A stretch of 64,000 nt of DNA from Nymphaea colorata (GCF_008831285.2 NC_045138.2:22568001-22632000); one strand, 5' to 3'; shown: positions 1 through 12,819, numbered from the stretch's first letter. The notes: generated by a model not told the origin, from the letters alone. Numbers and translations are program-made.

Positions 1-3
<3 letters not shown>

Positions 4-57
<54 letters not shown>
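4..57. repeat. (AT)n microsatellite
   Basis: Uninterrupted AT dinucleotide run. Confidence 0.95.
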
Positions 58-59
<2 letters not shown>

Positions 60-60
<1 letters not shown>

Positions 61-3000
61 TTCATATTGATACAAAAATTTGTAAAATGAAATATGTAAA
101 CAAAGAAAGAGAATGATAAAAATCATCATGTGCACACACATGTATATAACATGTATGTCTTTATGAAATTAAAGATAAATTAAAACATCCGACTTCAAGT
201 TTGATGTAGGCCGAAGGGGAGCTTGGACTCATGCAAGAGTCTAAGCTAAGTCTCCAAAGCCATATTAGAAGGTTTCTTTGAAAAATATTTTGGAAAATAT
301 GATTTATATAAATATAGAATATTGTTATTCCATTGGTTGCAAGGGAATATGTTTCTTCCACCGTTGGGTATGGAATAAGCTCAAACCACACGATAAGGCG
401 CTCATTAGGGTTCCTAATTGGATGATTAAAAAAAACTAACGCGAAATGATATGAAAATGCACTTTAACATGTACAAATTCGTGAAGGTTCTTCCCGCGTT
501 GAACAAGCCCCAACCTCAAAATTAGATGAATAAAACAAAAGAATCTCAAACCATACTTTCATTCTCACCGTGCATTCACATATAAATGAAAAATCAAATA
601 ACTATGCATAGATAGTATCAAAAAACTATATTTAAGAAAAGAAATAGAGCATAATTCAACTATGGAATGAAATTTCATCTTCTTATGTTCTTGGTGCACT
701 CGAGCATAGCCTCTTGACTCTAGAGAGTTGAAAGTTATCTCTTATGGTTATGGAGAAATGAAAAAGAGAGGAAAATAAAAGGAAGCAAAAGAACAACAAG
801 AATATATTCAACAAATGAAATAATATGACTCAAGCATGGAAATGAAAGATCATCCCATCTTTTCATGCTCCCAGTGCACTTGAGCATAACCTCTTGGCTC
901 TAAAATATAGTTGCGAGTTAACTTTTTTGGCCATGGGAAAAGAAAGAATAGATTAAAGAAAATATGAGAGAAATGAGAGGGATGATTATTACATACCTCT
1001 AAATGAGAAAATGAATTAGGGAAAATGAACAATCATACTTGAATAAACTTGAATTCACCTTAAATAAAGCTCTAAGATAATGAAGATGAATCCTCCAAGG
1101 GATCTTTGGTACTCTCTTGAAGAGTTGTAGCTAGCTCCAAGTTGGAGAGAAATGAAAAGAGGAAAAGGGAAAGAGAGAGAGCTCAAGAGAAACCCTAAGT
1201 TTTCAAGTGAGAATACTCTATGGTTGCTCCCAATGGCCACTCTTACCCAAGCGAGGGGGAAGTGGAGGGTATTTATAAACATTTTGGAGCCAAAAACCCA
1301 AAATTTGAATTTCTTTTTAATTTCACCCTATTTTCATCAGAATTTCACATAATTTTGAATTATTTTGAAAAAGAAATGGTTTGAAAATGGGTATGATTGG
1401 CCATTAGGCTTATATAAATATATTTTTTTTAAAATGAGTTGGGCCTTTGTCCACCCAAAAAGACTAAGATCGCCCTCTAAAATGAGATTTTTTGTAAAAA
1501 AGAGGGACAAATGGGTATTGCCCACCAAAAAGGCCAAAATCATCTTCAGAATGTTCTTTGTCAAAAAGATGGACAAATGGGTCTTGCCCACCAAAAAGTC
1601 CAAAATCTTCCTCTAAAAGAAGGTTTTTTGTCAAAAAGATGGACAAATGGGTCTTGCCCACCAAAAAGAACAAAATCGCCTTTTAAAAGGAGGTTTTTTG
1701 TCAAAAGATAGGCAAATGGATCTTACCCACCACAAAGACCAAAATCGATCTATAAAAAGAGGTTTTTTGTCAAAAGGATAGAGTTTAGGGTTTAGGGTGG
1801 ATTTGAACTTGGGTTTTGGATCTAATTTGAATAAAAAAATGGCGTTTTGTGTTTTGATAAAAGTGTGTAGTCTTTTGGAAAAATTTGGAGTGATTACAGA
1901 AAGACAGTATCATGTGTATGAGCTTAGATATAAAAGAATTTTTTGATTTGTCTTTAATAGCAAACAATTGGGATAAAGCTGTAGGAAAGAAATTTATTGT
2001 AGGAATATGATCGGTAAATAGTGATTTTCATATTGAGATATCAAGTTAATAATATAGAAAATTTGTTACTTGTAAATAATTTTAACTTTGAAAGGATTAG
2101 GCCTCAAGTAGAGTATAATAAATACATGATGTTTGATTTATATAGATCCAATAAGTTTTAATCACATGTCCGATGATTGAAAATAGAGTATAATTGAGCA
2201 AAGCAAAGATTGGTATTCAATTTGAAATAAATGATAACTTAGTAAAATCATGAAAGTAATAAAACAGGGAAAAATATATACTATGGGTGTTCGGCCAAAA
2301 AAAAAATTGTATGACATGAATCAAACAAGGTTTGGTAATTGAGCCAATAGATGGCTATCATGTTTAAGAATATGAGCTTGGACCAATGAATAAATGAGGG
2401 ATTGACAAAGTATGATAAAATGTAGATTTTGAAGTAATTTTGAAAAACGGATTTGCTGAATGATAATATTTGAAAAATCGATGTCATTTAGATAGTAAGG
2501 TTAAAGCATGAGCTTATGGTGTAGTCTTTTTGAAGAAATGATTGGAGAGGACATCGATTTAAAAAAGAAAGATGAAATGCAAAATTATTTAATTGATCAA
2601 AGATTGTGGAAGACACATATACATTCATCATACAATGTTGCACTTTCTAAAATCACATTCATCATGCATATATACGGAAAAGGTACATAGGACCCTAATT
2701 GAATTGAGTTTGATTAATTGTGATTGTTCCATATAATATATGTCAATATACCTTAGTCAAGAGGCTTAGTACGAGTATAGACTCCTTTCTTAAGTAACTA
2801 AAGGCATAGTTTATCAACTTCTTCTTGGACATTCGTCGATATACCACAAGTTACCACTCATGGTACTAACGAGAGAGTTTTCCCGCCTAAGGTGTGGTCT
2901 AGTTGTAAAGCTTAGTCTCGTGCTACCGCCTAAGACCAAGCCCGACAACATGATAACCTGGACAAATAGGTATTAGAAATTTTTGAAATATAATCAAGCA

Positions 3001-4880
3001 TGCAAAATCGGTTGTCTCTAATGCAATGCTTCTTAAGATAGTGGTTAAAATAAGTAGAAGAACAAACATTGTTCTCAATCAAGTCTTAAATTTGAAGAGG
3101 GTTGTATTTGATCTTAGATCTAGGTGAACATGATTCATCATTCTCAATTAGTCTTATATGTAAGAGAGCAAATATAATCAAACAATGCAATGAAATGCAG
3201 ATGGGGTCAAGGCCAAAGAAGGGAACATGATTTAACATCGGCAATATGTGAGATGTTCAAGTTTGTGGAAATGCATCAAGTATAATTATTGCCAAACGAT
3301 GATGGGTCCCATCATGGTTGTTATTTGTTCGCATCTCCAAAATTTTTATTGGTTTTTGGAGTGCTTTAGAAAAATGAGTTTTTGTTTTGAACATGAGAGA
3401 GAAAGGGACTCGCTCATCGGTGTGACGATCGACCATTCTCGGCGTCTTTACCAGGAATAATGAATCCAAGGGCTATGTTTATTATTGATGCATTTCATTT
3501 TTTGTTTAAACATTTTTTTCATTCTATATGTGGTGTAGTGTTTAAGAAAAATGTTGAAAGATTGATGTTTCCAACTTTTGAAAATATTCTTGAAGAAATA
3601 TTTGAGAATGTAAAACATTTTGAAGAAAACTAGAGTTGAAAAATCTTTATAAATATTATTTGGAAAGCTTGGGAAATCATTTTGAAGTCATTTTAGTGTC
3701 TTCTTAAGACTTTAAATATGTTTGAGATTTTGCTCTAATTTGGTTACCACCTAATTAGAGTTTCATATTATCTTGCTTAAGTTCTTTAAAGTGGTGCTTG
3801 TGGTCATAAGTGATATTAAGTGAATGTGAATGCATGAATACATTGATCCTATATGATTAGAAAGAACCCAAATTACTGTAGTTACTTAGAAAATGATTAG
3901 TTTGCCCCTTATTGCTCTCATTTTGTCTCATTTTTCTTCATATTTGCATAACATTTAAAGAGATTCTAAAAATTATATTACCTAAGATCAATGAGAGTTA
4001 TTTTCATCTCTACAAGTCATTGTGAACTCTTAAAGCTTATTTTACCATCTTATATTTAGTTAGTAATGTCCAGAAAGGACTCATTTTCCCTTATTTCTAT
4101 TATTTCTCGCTATCTCAACACCTACAGACTTAACGAGAGCCATAATAAGATCTCCTTAGCATCAACAAAGTATTCTCATTTTCATTTCTAGTTGTAGAAC
4201 TTGAATTGCAGTGTTGGAGCAACTACTTCTAGGAAACAGTACCTCATTTCCCTATATTTGATTATCATTTCTGCCTTATTCGAGTAAATCAGCCCGAACC
4301 GAGCTAGAATCATATTCTTCAGTGCTAAATCTAATTATTCTTGCCATCGGTTTGAACAATTTTATCTCATTGAGTACAATTATTGTTTTTTTACTGTGCA
4401 AAGAGAGTGCATGAGACACAAATGGACCTCACACATAGGTTTCCCCCAGTGTGTCCATGAATCTGATTTCCGCTCGATCCAAGCCATTTGATCGAGTGCA
4501 ATCGGACAGTCAAGGAGAAATGAGCCTGCCATGTTGATTTTGTGTTGGGTCATTATGAAAATTGAATAGTGACTCTGCCTATCCAAAGTCACCCGACTCA
4601 CTCATGACAGTCGTTTGATCTATTGAAACAAAAAGTTGAGAGAAAAATAAGGAGAAAAAAATGATACACATTTTCATCATATAATATAAGCTCGCATCTT
4701 TGTCTCATTATTTTTCTTTCAATCGTCCATTGCGATGGATCGGATGGCCCTTGTGAATGAATTGGTAACTCTAGATCGCTAGAGACACCATGACCTAGGT
4801 TCAGATTCCCCACTTACCAGTCATGTCCTAGTTGGTTCTCCCGTAAATAAAATTTGGACTCGAGACTTGGGCTCCTACAT
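60..4880. mobile_element. Probable degenerate LTR-retrotransposon non-coding sequence (large LTR or UTR remnant)
   Basis: AT-rich, no credible ORF, internal dispersed repeats (691-723 vs 871-903) and a 70-bp tandem array, possible ...CCTACA terminus near 4879. No paired LTR, PBS or TSD found; inference only. Confidence 0.3.
1431..1783. repeat. Tandem array of ~69-70 bp units, about 5 copies
   Basis: Unit TTTTGTCAAAAAGATGGACAAATGGGTCTTGCCCACCAAAAAG...AAAATC recurs near 1489, 1557, 1626, 1696 and 1765, with a partial unit before. Confidence 0.9.
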
Positions 4881-5622
4881 AAATGTGCAAAAAATCGAGA
4901 ACAAACAACCATAGGGTAAACCTTACTCGTAATCATATCAGGTCATTGAGAAAGCTGCATACCGAGTTTGAACCGCTTAGCATTCAAATTTCATCTTTTT
5001 TATCTTACTAAAGGAATGTCGATAATGCCTGTTCACAGCCTTAATCTTAACTGTTATATTAATATAACGTCTAGGCTGACAGCAATGAACTGGTAAAAAA
5101 CTGATAAATATGGTTCTTATAAGATATCTCAAGCGTGTTTTGAGGCATACCCCACAGATTGTGCTAAAGTTATTTGTCTGAGCCAAGTTCAAACGTAGTA
5201 TTATTTGTTTACCTTGAAACTTCAACTCTTTAAATACATATATTTCTGATGCGATTCTAATCTAAACTCAAGTAGCCAAATTTGGTGAGGAAATTTCACA
5301 TTAGATTAATCAGATTCGAGTTCTATATAAGATTTTTCTTATCAAATTAGATGGATTGTTATGAACATTCAAATGTATTTGCTTTAGAAATTTGAATATT
5401 ATTTTGTATTTCCGACGAGTGAAATCGAATTTTGTCTCAGATCGTCCTGATCGATATATTCGTGAATGGGCAATTACTATATCCGATCCGATTCGCACTC
5501 GTAGTCGTCCTTATCCGTACGTTACGTATTCGTCTAACCTCGTCAAGATTTTGTCAAATACGAAAATCGGGATACCTCTTGTAATTAAGTGCAAAGAGAA
5601 GGGCGATGAGAGAATTCGGCCG

Positions 5623-5649
5623 AAACCCTAAACCCCACCGGCCTTTAAA
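5623..5649 (+). promoter_or_regulatory. Telo-box (AAACCCTAA) plus TATA-like TTTAAA, putative promoter of the snoRNA cluster
   Basis: AAACCCTAA 5623-5631, TTTAAA 5644-5649, second reverse telo-box TAGGGTTT 5841-5848, CT-rich leader. Telo-boxes are established in promoters of plant ribosome-biogenesis and snoRNA genes. Confidence 0.6.
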
Positions 5650-5777
5650 CGTTCTTCCTTCCCCATCGCAGAGCCGCCGCCTCTCTCTGTCTCTCTCCGT
5701 CTGCTTCTCTTCCTGCCTCTGTCATGCCCCACCTGCTTTTAAAACGTTCTTCCTTCTCTCGTCGCAGAGCCACCACC

Positions 5778-5813
<36 letters not shown>

Positions 5814-5930
5814 CCTTTTGATCTATTCTTATTTTTTGGGTAGGGTTTGAAGGAAGACAGGCGGTCGACTTCTTTTCTTTTTTTTTTTGGGTTGTGTTCT
5901 TATTTTTGTTTTTGGGTCTTGAGGGAAGAC

Positions 5931-6016
5931 GGACGCGTGATGATAAGCAGGATTTATTCTCACGACGGTCATCTGAGGGAACTCCCCGAGATGACATCCA
6001 TCCTTCAAAAAATCTG

Positions 6017-6022
<6 letters not shown>
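5931..6022 (+). ncRNA. Box C/D snoRNA, U35/snR73-like guide for 25S rRNA 2'-O-methylation
   Basis: Box C GTGATGA 5937-5943, D' CTGA 5973-5976, C'-like GAGATGA 5988-5994, box D CTGA 6014-6017, terminal stem GGACG/TGTCT. Guide TCTCACGACGGTC 5958-5970 is complementary to the conserved LSU sequence GACCGUCGUGAGA; the D'+5 rule points to the first C. Confidence 0.85.

Positions 6023-6082
<60 letters not shown>
6019..6082. repeat. (CT)n microsatellite spacer between the two snoRNAs
   Basis: About 31 CT units. Confidence 0.95.
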
Positions 6083-6084
<2 letters not shown>

Positions 6085-6086
6085 GC

Positions 6087-6166
6087 GAGCATGAATGATG
6101 AAAGTTCCGGTCTGATGTTCTGGTGACTGAGAGTAAACGAACCTCCTACTCATTCTGATCATGCTC
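6087..6166 (+). ncRNA. Box C/D snoRNA guiding Am in 25S rRNA GAUG[A]GUAGGAGG
   Basis: Perfect 8-bp terminal stem GAGCATGA (6087-6094)/TCATGCTC (6159-6166), box C ATGATGA 6095-6101, D' CTGA 6112-6115, C'-like GTGACTGA 6123-6130, box D CTGA 6155-6158. Guide CCTCCTACTCAT 6142-6153 is the exact complement of ATGAGTAGGAGG in the 25S fragment at 41837-41848. Confidence 0.88.
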
Positions 6167-7246
6167 CATTTTTCTCTGTTTTTCTTTTTCCATTTCTGCA
6201 TGCCTCGACCTTAAATGCTTTTGTTGTTTCTTATTTTCCCTATAACGATAAGGCAGAGGCTGTATGTTGTATTCATTTTTTAAAAGAGAGATTCAACAAC
6301 CATTGCCTCTTTTCTTATTTTTAGTCCTTTTCATACTGATTGCTGATTTCATGGTCTATTGAATCTATATTTGGTTCTTTTACGCGGTTTTCTAGAATCT
6401 AGATTGTAAAAGTCTTCTCTGATCTGTTCTTTGTCTTTTAAGCTGTCAAGGCCTTGCACAAATTTGTCATTGGTCTTCTTGATTTTGCAGGATTATGACA
6501 AACCGATTGACATATGGTTTACATGTTTGCCATCTGTTCTTAATCATTCGGAAACTCAGTCCTTGTCACAAATTTGTTCCATCTAAAATCAACAAGCCTT
6601 TTCATTTATTTCATTATTTTTCTTTTGAAACTGGAGATGTATATCTTCCTGGTTGGAAGAGAGACGTTTGTTTATGAAGTCCAATATGGTAGATGATATA
6701 TCTGCGTGCGTGGACTAATCAATTGTTCAAGTCACACACTCCATAATCCACCCTGGATTATCAAAGTAACATGTATTCTTTTCAATAATCCATATTTATG
6801 TAATAATTTTTTTTCTTACCCAAATAATATATTACGTGATCTATTACAAATAGCTATTCTCTATCCTCTTTATGAAGGACCTGAAATGCCTTGCCTATGC
6901 ATCATTGAAAAGTGCATTAACACAATCTAAATCTTTGTTTTGGTTCTTCCTCTAGTCTTTATTATTATTTTTAATTTATTATATATATAATAGAATAAGC
7001 ATATGAATGTATTATTATTATAATTTAGTTATCAATGTATATAACATATTTGAATAATTGTGTTATATTGGAAACATATATTATATAAGTAACTTAGCAA
7101 TATGACATTTTAATTGGACTCAGGTTCTTCTGTATAGAAGAGTTCGACTTAGGTCATCATAAGTCCAACTGGTATCTTCCAATGAAACTTTATATATGTT
7201 ATCGTAGTAATTTCTTGCTGAGAATCATATCAATTAGGAGAATGAG

Positions 7247-7330
7247 ATAAGGGCGCCTTATCCAATTCAACGACTGTCTCCCTATTTCATAAGGGCGCCG
7301 TATCCAATTCAACGACTGTCTCCCTATTTC
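7247..7330. repeat. 42-bp tandem duplication
   Basis: ATAAGGGCGCC(T/G)TATCCAATTCAACGACTGTCTCCCTATTTC at 7247 and 7289. Confidence 0.9.
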
Positions 7331-7399
7331 TTCACAACGCTTTATAGAAGCCAAATGAAAAATAAGTCATAAAACAAGAACTGTATCTCACGATCGTGT

Positions 7400-8400
7400 C
7401 TTGTGTTCAGTGAGATTTCTTTGGGCATAAAGCGTGGTTGAGCGTGTTGGATCTGCCTTGTCTAGATGATGCATTCAAGAGGTTGGAAATCCTACATGCA
7501 GAATTAAAAAGCTAAAAGAGTAGCTTTTGCCAAATCCAATCTCGTTTGGAAGCTGGGGACTCGCAGGGCAGCAGGGTCTGAGAAGCTCCTCATAAAGAAC
7601 TTATGCAGAGGAATCTGACTGTTTGTTCTTTGAAGGCCAACATTCTAGTCTGACATCTTTGAGTGATATTTGGAATAAGGTGACAGATAAAAGGCCTAAT
7701 GGAGGGAGGGAGTTCGGGCGAAGGAGGCTCACTCAAGGGGAAAATGGTTTACCCACATGAAGTTGACTGCCAACCAAGATAGATGGAAGTAAAGGAGCAC
7801 AACTTTGGCAGGTCACTGCTTTATGTGCCAAAAAGATGAAGAATCTGCGACTCGCTTCCTGCTCAAATGTCGCATAGATGTGCATATCTTGAAATTTGTA
7901 AAATGGAAATTCAAGAGAAAGAGCCGTATTCAAGAGGATGTTATGAATGCTCTAAAATCTTGGTATTCTAAGCTTAGAACCGGGTGGCTTTCACTATGCT
8001 AGAAGGCATGCTTCCGCATAGTGATTCGGTACCTATGGCAGTGAAGAAATCGGCTCTTTGGTATGATTATCAGGAGATCAGGGTAATAGCTGACCAAAAT
8101 GGATGGACCAATGGCCTCAAGGTGGATTTGGAGGGGAGAGGTCCGATGAGATCAGATCTATTGGGGATAATGAAATGCTATGTTTTTCTTTCCTTTTCTT
8201 CGCTTGTTCCTGCTATAGAGGCGGACGCAGCCTTGCCTGCATCTTAGATGGTGAGAAGTCCTAAGGATCTTCTCATGGTTTCTTCTTGTTTGCTAGATCT
8301 TCTCATGGTTTCTTCTTGTTTGCTATTCTTTGCATGCTTTGATTGCTTGTACATGTTCTGAAATAAATGAAGCTGGCAATCACCATCAGGAGCTTTTTTG
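7400..8400 (+). mobile_element. Degenerate L1-type LINE 3' fragment (zf-RVT region)
   Basis: Fragmented frames include GHCFMCQKDEESATRFLLKC (CxxC...E zf-RVT-like); AATAAA at 8362 near the presumed 3' end; many stops and frameshifts. Confidence 0.5.
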
Positions 8401-11400
8401 GGAGAGAGGGTAATGTGATTTGAAAATCCTTTTGTGCCTGAAGCATATTTGCTCAGTCGATCAAAAAGAAGATGAACGTGGAAGTTGATGCCGTTACTAC
8501 CTCCTCTCTGAGTCCCCTCCCTTCTCCACCTACTATTTTTAAACCAACTTTTGTCAAAATTGGGTTTTCCTCAAACCCAGTGTTGATGGCATCCTCACAC
8601 TCCAAAAAAACCTAGTTTTGGAGGCAAAACCTGGTTTTAGGGTGTCGTCCAAACGCCCCCTAAATTTTTAATATTGAGTTTTACAAATACTATTGCATCT
8701 AATAAACTGATGGACAAGGTTTCACATGTATATACTGTAACAAAAATATAAAGTAGCTAGGAGTTATGATAGAACCTTATTATAATCATATCCAAGTTAC
8801 CGGGTGCAGCATTACCAAATCCTTTTTCGGGATGAGATAGTTAATACTGCATACTTTTTTAACAATACATTATAAAGTTATAATTAAACACATCGTAAGG
8901 CCTAGACTTGAAACAAGCTGGATGTAAGTACATTAACATATGGTCAAACATTACATGCTAAAGATTTGATTGAAACAACACAATAATTAGAAAATGGATG
9001 TGACGTTTATTCAAGAACTAAAAGACCTAAACGTAATTGGTTCCATCATCCAAGCATTAGCTTCATAAAAGAAAAATCAGTTTTCTAGTCGAAAAAATAT
9101 TGATCAATATTTCTTTGAAAATAATGAGAATAATACGAATATCCTTGTTTTTCTAATTAAAGTAAAGGTAAAGGAATTGAAGATGAAATTCCATAGCGAA
9201 ACTCTTACAAGACAAAAGGCAACAATTAAGCACCTATCTCATACTTGAATGATTATTAAATATATTTGATTGAAAAACTGTCATTTTCACTGCAAAACAG
9301 CTGAGGTGGTCCTCTTTATTGAAGGAAGAATGAAAGAATGCTAATCTACAGATATACAATCAGAAGCAATCAAAGACCAAGGACTAACGATAGTTAATCA
9401 AGAAGTAACAAGATGGAATTTACAGAAACAGAAGCATTAGAAATCCACAGATTCTTCAACAACATCCAAAAGGAGGGGCCAATTGAATTGCATGCCGCAA
9501 ATCCATTAATCATTTGTTTCAACCATCTCTTGCATCGGCCACAGAGATCTCACTTCCACTCAGAATTCCAAGCAATTATGTTGAGATAACAAATCAAATA
9601 GATCAAAATTCTGCATAAAGCAAATCTCTACAGCACAGGGAAACCTCTACTGTAACATAGTGTTTCACCCTTCCAGAGAAAGATACTAGATCTGCATCCC
9701 TCAATTCTGGAGACAACCACTTCCAAACATAGGAAACTTAGAGTAAACACCAGTCTTGAACCACAGTATATCATCCAATTTGTTTTAATTGGACAACGTA
9801 GATGAATGGAGAATTTTTCCACTTTTGTCACTTTTGTTTTTCCATTTTGCCCTTCAAGGGGTCACTGTTGTTTTCCTCCCTCACCCCTCTTTGTCACACA
9901 CACATATATATATATATAGATATATATAGAGAGAGAGAGAGAGAGAAAGAGAGATGTACCTGCGAACCCTTGTCAGTAGGGAAAGTATCAAAGTAATAGG
10001 GATAAGAGGGCAAAGAATCAATGAGTGCCCTCAAATCATGCTGTAGAAAAGACAAGCCTATGTTTGAGTCATGCTAGATGGAAGGCCCTTGCTCCAGGAA
10101 TGGTTCTTTCCTCACGTCGGAACTTTTTCTTCCTTTTGAGGGGCTTTATTTCACTTCCGTTCCAAAATAATGCCCAAATGTTTTTTTTGGAACATGTTAC
10201 TATCCTTAAATTCATCTACAAAACTAAACCACTTATGCTAAGAGGTCATTTGATTATTGTTCTTTAGGATAAAATGGATGGGACATCCTGTCCACTATAC
10301 CACTGTTTGTCCAAGTAGACATGATTGTTCTTTGTCCATGGTTTAATGAATTTAGGGGATGGAACTCTGCGTCCATTCTATTCAATGTATGTTTCGCATG
10401 GATTTGCCCAAGATCTTTGGAATTCATTTATTTTAGGGCATATTTATCTGTTCTGTCTGGCATTTATTTTGTGCTTTGTTTGCTTTGTCTGTTCCATCAG
10501 ACATTTGAATCTTGTAAGATTTGTTTTATCTATTTTGCCTCTTCCGTCCATGAACAAAAACACCATATTTGTTATTTGCAAGTTGCAACATAGCTATGGC
10601 TCTCATAGCAGTTTCGGTCACTGGTGTAGCTTTCTTTGGAAGAAATACCACTATAGATAAATTACATGCATTTTTTTAGCACTAGGAAATATGACTCGCC
10701 AAAGCCTATGTCTCTTTCATTTGCATTTTACCAAAATAAAAGCAGTAAGCGATACATGAGGCCAAGCAATGAGAAACTACATTAGTAAAAAAAATCCTCC
10801 TTCCATATCCACCATGTAAGTTGAATACCAGAAGAAAAAAGCGACACGAAACATTCAGACAGATTAAATGATCCCTAGTTATGTACCATTTATTTGTTTC
10901 CATCTCCACCCATTTTCCAATAGCAATCTATTTCTTTTTTACATCTACATCCACTTTGTAGAGATCCCTTAAGAAAGTAATCCACATGAAAGCCCATGAG
11001 TCAACTCACCCCACTTGAACGAATTGGTCATGAACTCTAAGAAGCAGAAGCTCTTTCTTTCGTATAGTTGCCATCCAAGTGGAGAACATGTGTGATTGCC
11101 TCCCTTCCCATTTGGTCTGCTCTTTACTGAACTCGGATCAGTGCTTTGAAGCTTTGCTGCAAATGAGAGAGGGCCAGGTTTATTATATTTTCAAATTTCA
11201 AAAGACAACAGTGGAAGCAGTCAATAGGTTATTTTTTTGAAGCTCAGTTTACAAAACCTGTTCCCACCAATCCCATGGTGCTAATATTTTCTCTAGTCAA
11301 ATAAGATTATTTGGTCTCAAAATAATCAAGCCTTTCTACTTAAACCGTCAGTTGATACTGTAGATTTTCCCCTATTTAGAAACAAATTCTTGCATAGTTT

Positions 11401-11653
11401 CCAAAAATATATTATCCATTTGAATATATAAATGTTGGAAGGAAGAGAATTAACCAACTGATTGAGGATGCTGGATGTTGCAAATTTGGAATTTTAATAT
11501 TCCAGGATTCCACTGCTCACGTCTGTAGTTGCTTTTGTAGACACTAGAAGACATACTCATATTTATACGGTCCGAAATGATTTCATTGACTCTTCCAGAC
11601 CCTACAACACGTATTTAGTGATTCTACTTTCTAACAGAAGGTACGGGCATAGG

Positions 11654-11759
11654 GTTCTCCAATTCAATTTAAAGAGACCACTAAAGGGGAGTTTCCCATT
11701 CAATTTAAAGAGACCACTAAAAGGGAGTTCTCCAATCAATTTAAAGTGACCACTAAAAG
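11654..11759. repeat. 36-bp tandem repeat, 3 copies
   Basis: CAATTTAAAG(A/T)GACCACTAAA at 11665, 11701 and 11737. Confidence 0.9.
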
Positions 11760-12183
11760 ATTCTAATGCAACAGGAACTAGGAAGGAAAACCCTACGTAT
11801 CTCAATAAACATTGAAATGATGAATCAAACAAGGAAAAAAAGTATGCCATTCAAGCCTTGGTGAAATTACCCTCGTGCGAAATATAAGCCTCTGATCATC
11901 TTTTCCCATCAGTGATCTTGATGAAAGTTCTCTGTGTAATTCAATGACCAGGACTGGTAATTGAGTACTGTCTAGTCATTCAAGAATGAGAGATTTTCCA
12001 TTCTCCACATGAGAAAGCAATCAATGAAAGAAACCACAATCGTGAAGTAGAGATGCAACTGAGTAGTACTTCTAAGAAAAGATATAAATATTTTAAAAAG
12101 GAAAATGACTTTTGATTGAGATAATCTCAACCACGCACACATTTTTTTCTAAGGAATAATGGACACAGTTGAAAGCATCTACG

Positions 12184-12231
<48 letters not shown>

Positions 12232-12819
12232 GTTCATTCTTTTAGGTGAAAAAGTAAAACAGATTATTCACTTGAAAACACCATCTTGTTTGGTGAATGG
12301 TATATTATTACTTGATTTGTTGGCATTTGTTTGTTATACTTGTTTAGACAAAATCCAGCAACCACCATATAGGTTCCAACAGGTACTTTTCATGCTATCA
12401 ATTTTTTATGTATAATGTGGCAAGATGTAGATGTTAAGGAAATATTTATACGACCATCTTCATGAAGCAAGGACCTAAGTTAGATTATGATTACCATAAT
12501 AAGTTACCAGGATCTAAGCGCTACCAGTAGCTGATAGATAGGGTGGTTAGCTGATATTTCACTACTTTACCCTGTCAATCCAACCGTATGATTCATCACC
12601 CATCATCAATAGTCTTTTAGCTTACAAAACTTACAGCCGCTGTTTTTTACAATTTCAATATAATTATTTAAATGCTGAAATTAATACGAACTCATTCTGT
12701 GTCGCTTGATTAAGTTGAAGAAAATGAGGTTGAAACTAAACGCATTAAAGGCTTGAGGAAGTCGTCCTTCATCCATGCTAGTTGTTGATGCTCAGCTACA
12801 AGGCCACTTGCTGAGAATG

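Noticed and set aside
5722..6201. 159-aa ORF with RERE runs
   Set aside because: Artefact of (GA)n microsatellites antisense to the snoRNA locus.
6253..6530. Hairpins (AGAGGC...GCCTCT and TGTCAA...TTGACA) as possible H/ACA snoRNAs
   Set aside because: No ANANNA hinge box, and the ACA is too close to the putative pocket.
9270..11560. Possible highly decayed minus-strand LINE pieces
   Set aside because: Only a faint zf-RVT-like pattern near 9480-9550; boundaries and identity cannot be supported by eye.
11654..11759. 36-bp repeats (and the 42-bp pair at 7247) as CRISPR-like arrays
   Set aside because: Head-to-tail with no unique spacers, eukaryotic context and no cas genes.
11817..11895. ATGATGA...CTGA pair as a third C/D snoRNA
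   Set aside because: Only a ~3-bp terminal stem and no recognisable rRNA/snRNA complementarity.
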